In this document: one piece after another, positions 60,779 through 64,000 of the stretch
Layout of the letters: each line of letters opens with the position of its first letter
How positions within the stretch are numbered: position 1 is the stretch's first letter
DNA from: Eledone cirrhosa
Lineage: Eukaryota
DNA length: 64,000 nt
Direction: 5' to 3'
Assembly: GCA_964016885.1 (NCBI GenBank)
Contig: OZ024743.1
Location: 151,776,001-151,840,000, forward strand
The notes under the pieces: model-generated
Seen by the model: the letters and a program-made list of their open reading frames with translations, nothing else
What the model was told of the DNA's origin: nothing
Databases searched by the model: none
Made by a program: the position numbers and the translations under genes

Positions 60779-63512
60779 CATCATCATCATCATCATCATC
60801 ATCATCACCGTTTTACGTTCGTTCTTCCATGCTAGCATTGGTTAGACGGGTTGTCCTGTTGTGGGCAGTGTCCGATCGGCTGACCATACCTTGCTCATAC
60901 GGGAACTGATTCTGGTTTGATTTCTACAGCTGGATACCCTTCCTAACAACAACCTCATTTACAGTCAGTGCTGGGTGCTTTTTTTCTGTGGCACCTACAC
61001 GTCCACTTTACAGTGTGGGCTGGGTGCTTTTTTTCCGTGGCACCTCCACGATCACTTTGCAGTGGGAAGGTGTGGGGGCATATTGTCTATATGCTTCAGC
61101 TTCGGTTTGTACCCATGGGGGGTCGGGTCTTCTATATTACTGCGTGACGCCAGAGGTCACGGTCATGTGTCATCACCTTTGAGAGGTGTAATTTGGTAAG
61201 GTCGGCTTTTATCACCTCATCCAAGGTCTTCTTGGGTCTCCCCACTCCGCAGTTTCCATTGACTTCTAGTGCTCTGCACCTTTTTATGCAGCTGTCATCC
61301 TTCATACGCATCACATGTCCATACCAACGCAACTGCATCTCCTGCACACAGCATTTGATTCCTGTTATGCTCAGTCTCTCTCTCAATTCATTTATGCTTT
61401 GCTGTTTGCGTATATTACTTTTACACATCCATCGGAGCATGCATGCTTCGTTTTTTTCTAATCTACGCAAGTCTTCCACATTCAGCACCCAGGTCTCACT
61501 ACCATGTAACATTGCTGTTCGTATACACACACCATACAGTCTGCCTTTAATTTTGAGGGAAAAACCTTTTGCAGCTAGCAGTGGCAGTAGTTCCCTGAAC
61601 TTCTTCCATCCTGTTCTTACCCTAGTTATTGTACTTTCTGAAAACCCACCTCCGCTGCTAATTTGGTCACCTAAGTAGCAGAAGCTGTCTACTGTTTCTA
61701 CAGAGCCCTCTCAGAGATTGGTGGTACTTGTTTCCTGTGGCTGTTTGCTGCTTGCTGTCCCAGCACAGCTGCTACATCTGAAGCCTACATTCTTGATTAA
61801 GCTTCCTGAGATCCCACTACATCTCTTGTGTACCCATTGTTTGCATTTGGGACAGAGAATGGAGTTCCTACATACTGAGCAAGGCCATTTCCCTGAGGGG
61901 ATCTAGGTTCTGTTTTCTCGTCTACTTACAAGGACCTTAGTCTTTGTCAGCTTGACTTTGAGACTCTTTTTTTCTAGTCCCTGCTTCCAAGTTTGGAATT
62001 TCTTCTCATGTTCTACCATAGATTCAGCTATAAATGCGAAGTCATCTGCATACAGGAGTTCCCATGGGCATCTGGTCTTAAACTCCTCCGTTATTGCCTG
62101 CAGGACTATGATGAACAGGAGAGGGCTAAGAACAGAGCCCTGGTGGACACAGACCTGTACGCTAAATTCCTTGCTATACTCATTGCTAATCCTGACTTTG
62201 CTGACTGCTCCCCTATACAGGGCTTGTACAGCTTTCACAAGCCATTCATCTACTCCTAGTTTTCTAAGAGCCCACCAGATTATAGCACATTGAAATCTGT
62301 CAAAGGCTTTCTCGAGATCAACGAATGCCAGGTAAAGTGGCTTACTTTTAGCTCGGTACTTTTCCTGTAACTGCCTCACAAGGAAGAGGGCATCAGTGGT
62401 GCCTCTTCCTGGCACAAACCCAAATTGCATCTCATCTAGTTTCACCCGTTCCCTAATCAACTGTGCTCTTTCTGTTACTTTCATGACCTGGTCCATCAGC
62501 TTTATACCTCTATAGTTTCCTCTATCTAGTGCATCACCTTTACCTTTGTGGCAGTTGACATTGATGCTACTGCACCAATCCTTTGGTATGACACCTTCTA
62601 GTATTACCTGGTTAACAATACGTGTGGTTATAGTGTGACCTACTGACCCAGATGCCTTCAGCATCTCGGCAGCTATACCTGATGGACCAGTTGCCTTCCC
62701 CGTCTTCATATCTTTGATTGCCTTACTTACTACGCTGCTGCTGACTTGTACTGCTGGACCCTCTATAGGGTCTACTTGGGGTAGGGTCTCTTCTTCCCAT
62801 GCATTCTCCTCATTTAGTAATCTATCATAATGGCTCTTCCACACATCTTTCTTCTCAGCAGTTGTGAGGGCAAGCTCACCTTTATCATTCCGGATACACT
62901 TCTCTCCAATGACATCACAATTCTCTCTGACACACTGCCTCGCAATCTTGAACACCTCCTATTTCTGGTCCTCACATTGCAAAACATGCTTGAATTTTCT
63001 ATCCTCTGCTTCCCTCCTAGCTAAGTATACTTGTCGCCTAGCTTCCCTCCTGGTCTCTATGTAATGTACCCTGCTTCCCCCGTTCTTCCATTCTTTCCAT
63101 GCCTGTCTCTTGGCCTTAACTGCCTCATCTACCTTATTGTTCCACCAGCAAGTCACTCTTCTCCTGCCTGTGGTCTTACTCCAGCCACAGATCTCATCCG
63201 TCGCCCCTCTAGTAAGATATTTTTTAGGAACTCCCAGTGCTCTTCTACATTGAATGTCTCTATCTGTTTTTCTTTACTGTTGTAGGCGTTGAGTAAAATA
63301 TCTTTAAATCTGTTACTGGCTGAGGGGTCTTTCAGCTTCCAGATCTTTCTTCTCCAAGTTGGCCTCTGTTTCCAGGTTCGTCTAGTTCTGACCGTGAGGT
63401 TGCTGACAACTAAGCCATGTTGGGAGGTACATTCCTCACTAGGGAAGGCTTTTGTGTTTACGACCGTCCATCTGTCACGTCCTCTGATGAGGATAAAAAT
63501 CTATCTGACTGT
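60779..63512 (-). mobile_element. RTE LINE, 5'-truncated inside the endonuclease, with full 3' UTR
   Basis: SQID..EECTSQH, KIWKLKD, TCWWN, NYRGIKL, FVDLEKAFD, HQGSVLSPLLF, LLYADD, partial PHD-like finger, LRWYGHVMRM; 3' UTR with ~40-bp units, an AGGAAGGG(T)ATCC module and (GAT)n. Confidence 0.95.
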
Positions 63513-64000
63513 ATATCATTTTTAAATAATTGTAAAAATAATTAAAACAATGTGGAGGAAATTAGTAACATAACTAATTTCTCATTATTAACTTAGTGTT
63601 TAGGACATGTAACAAAGATTATTACATAAAATTATGATGGACTGTTTTTAGATAAATGCAAACATTTCAAAACAGTTTTTATCACAGAACCAAGGCAGGC
63701 AGTTTCAGACAGTTTGCTATCGAAAGGGTTAAGCCGTTACATTTCAGAGAATTGTGAAGATAAAAGTAGAATAAGATACATAAAAAATTATTAGTATGAA
63801 TGGACATCAGTTTAGATATGTTTATATAATGAGATATGTGCTTAGAAGTCCTATAACCTGATGAGACAAGATGCCCCATAACCTGCTCCAGTGAAAGAAA
63901 ATTTTGCTATATATTATATTGAACCTTCAGTTACGTATTGTCATTTATTTGTTATATAAAACATTCCTTGTCAAACTATTTATTGTTATTTCTTTGTGAA

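Noticed and set aside
63483-63500. CTGATGAG hammerhead core match
   Set aside because: It is the antisense of RTE coding sequence, with no stem II or GAAA partner.
63857-63900. CTGATGAG...GAAAG hammerhead-like match
   Set aside because: No complementary stems I, II or III found.

Overview
This is AT-rich, microsatellite-dense eukaryotic intergenic or intronic DNA, most likely from an octopus or another coleoid cephalopod (inferred from the SINE and LINE families). No complete host gene is visible; there are only one or two weak minus-strand exon candidates. Nearly all recognisable sequence is transposable-element debris: RTE LINEs (several with a PHD-like finger inside ORF2), a long CR1-type LINE plus a decayed copy, Tx1/L1 and R4/Dong fragments, non-autonomous Helitrons (one carrying a PIF1 helicase fragment), a mariner end, Meta- and CORE-type tRNA SINEs, and a truncated tRNA-Glu. 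The most striking feature is a set of four divergent Penelope-like (GIY-YIG) elements plus several ORF-less fold-back elements. Three of the Penelope-like elements and two ORF-less elements are built as inverted repeats near (TA)n tracts, and their arms carry type I hammerhead ribozyme motifs. These include one hammerhead with a long branched stem II insert (38609-38969) and one with a CAGAUGA core variant present in both arms (6647-6683 and 8840-8876). All calls come from manual reading; no database search or folding program was run.
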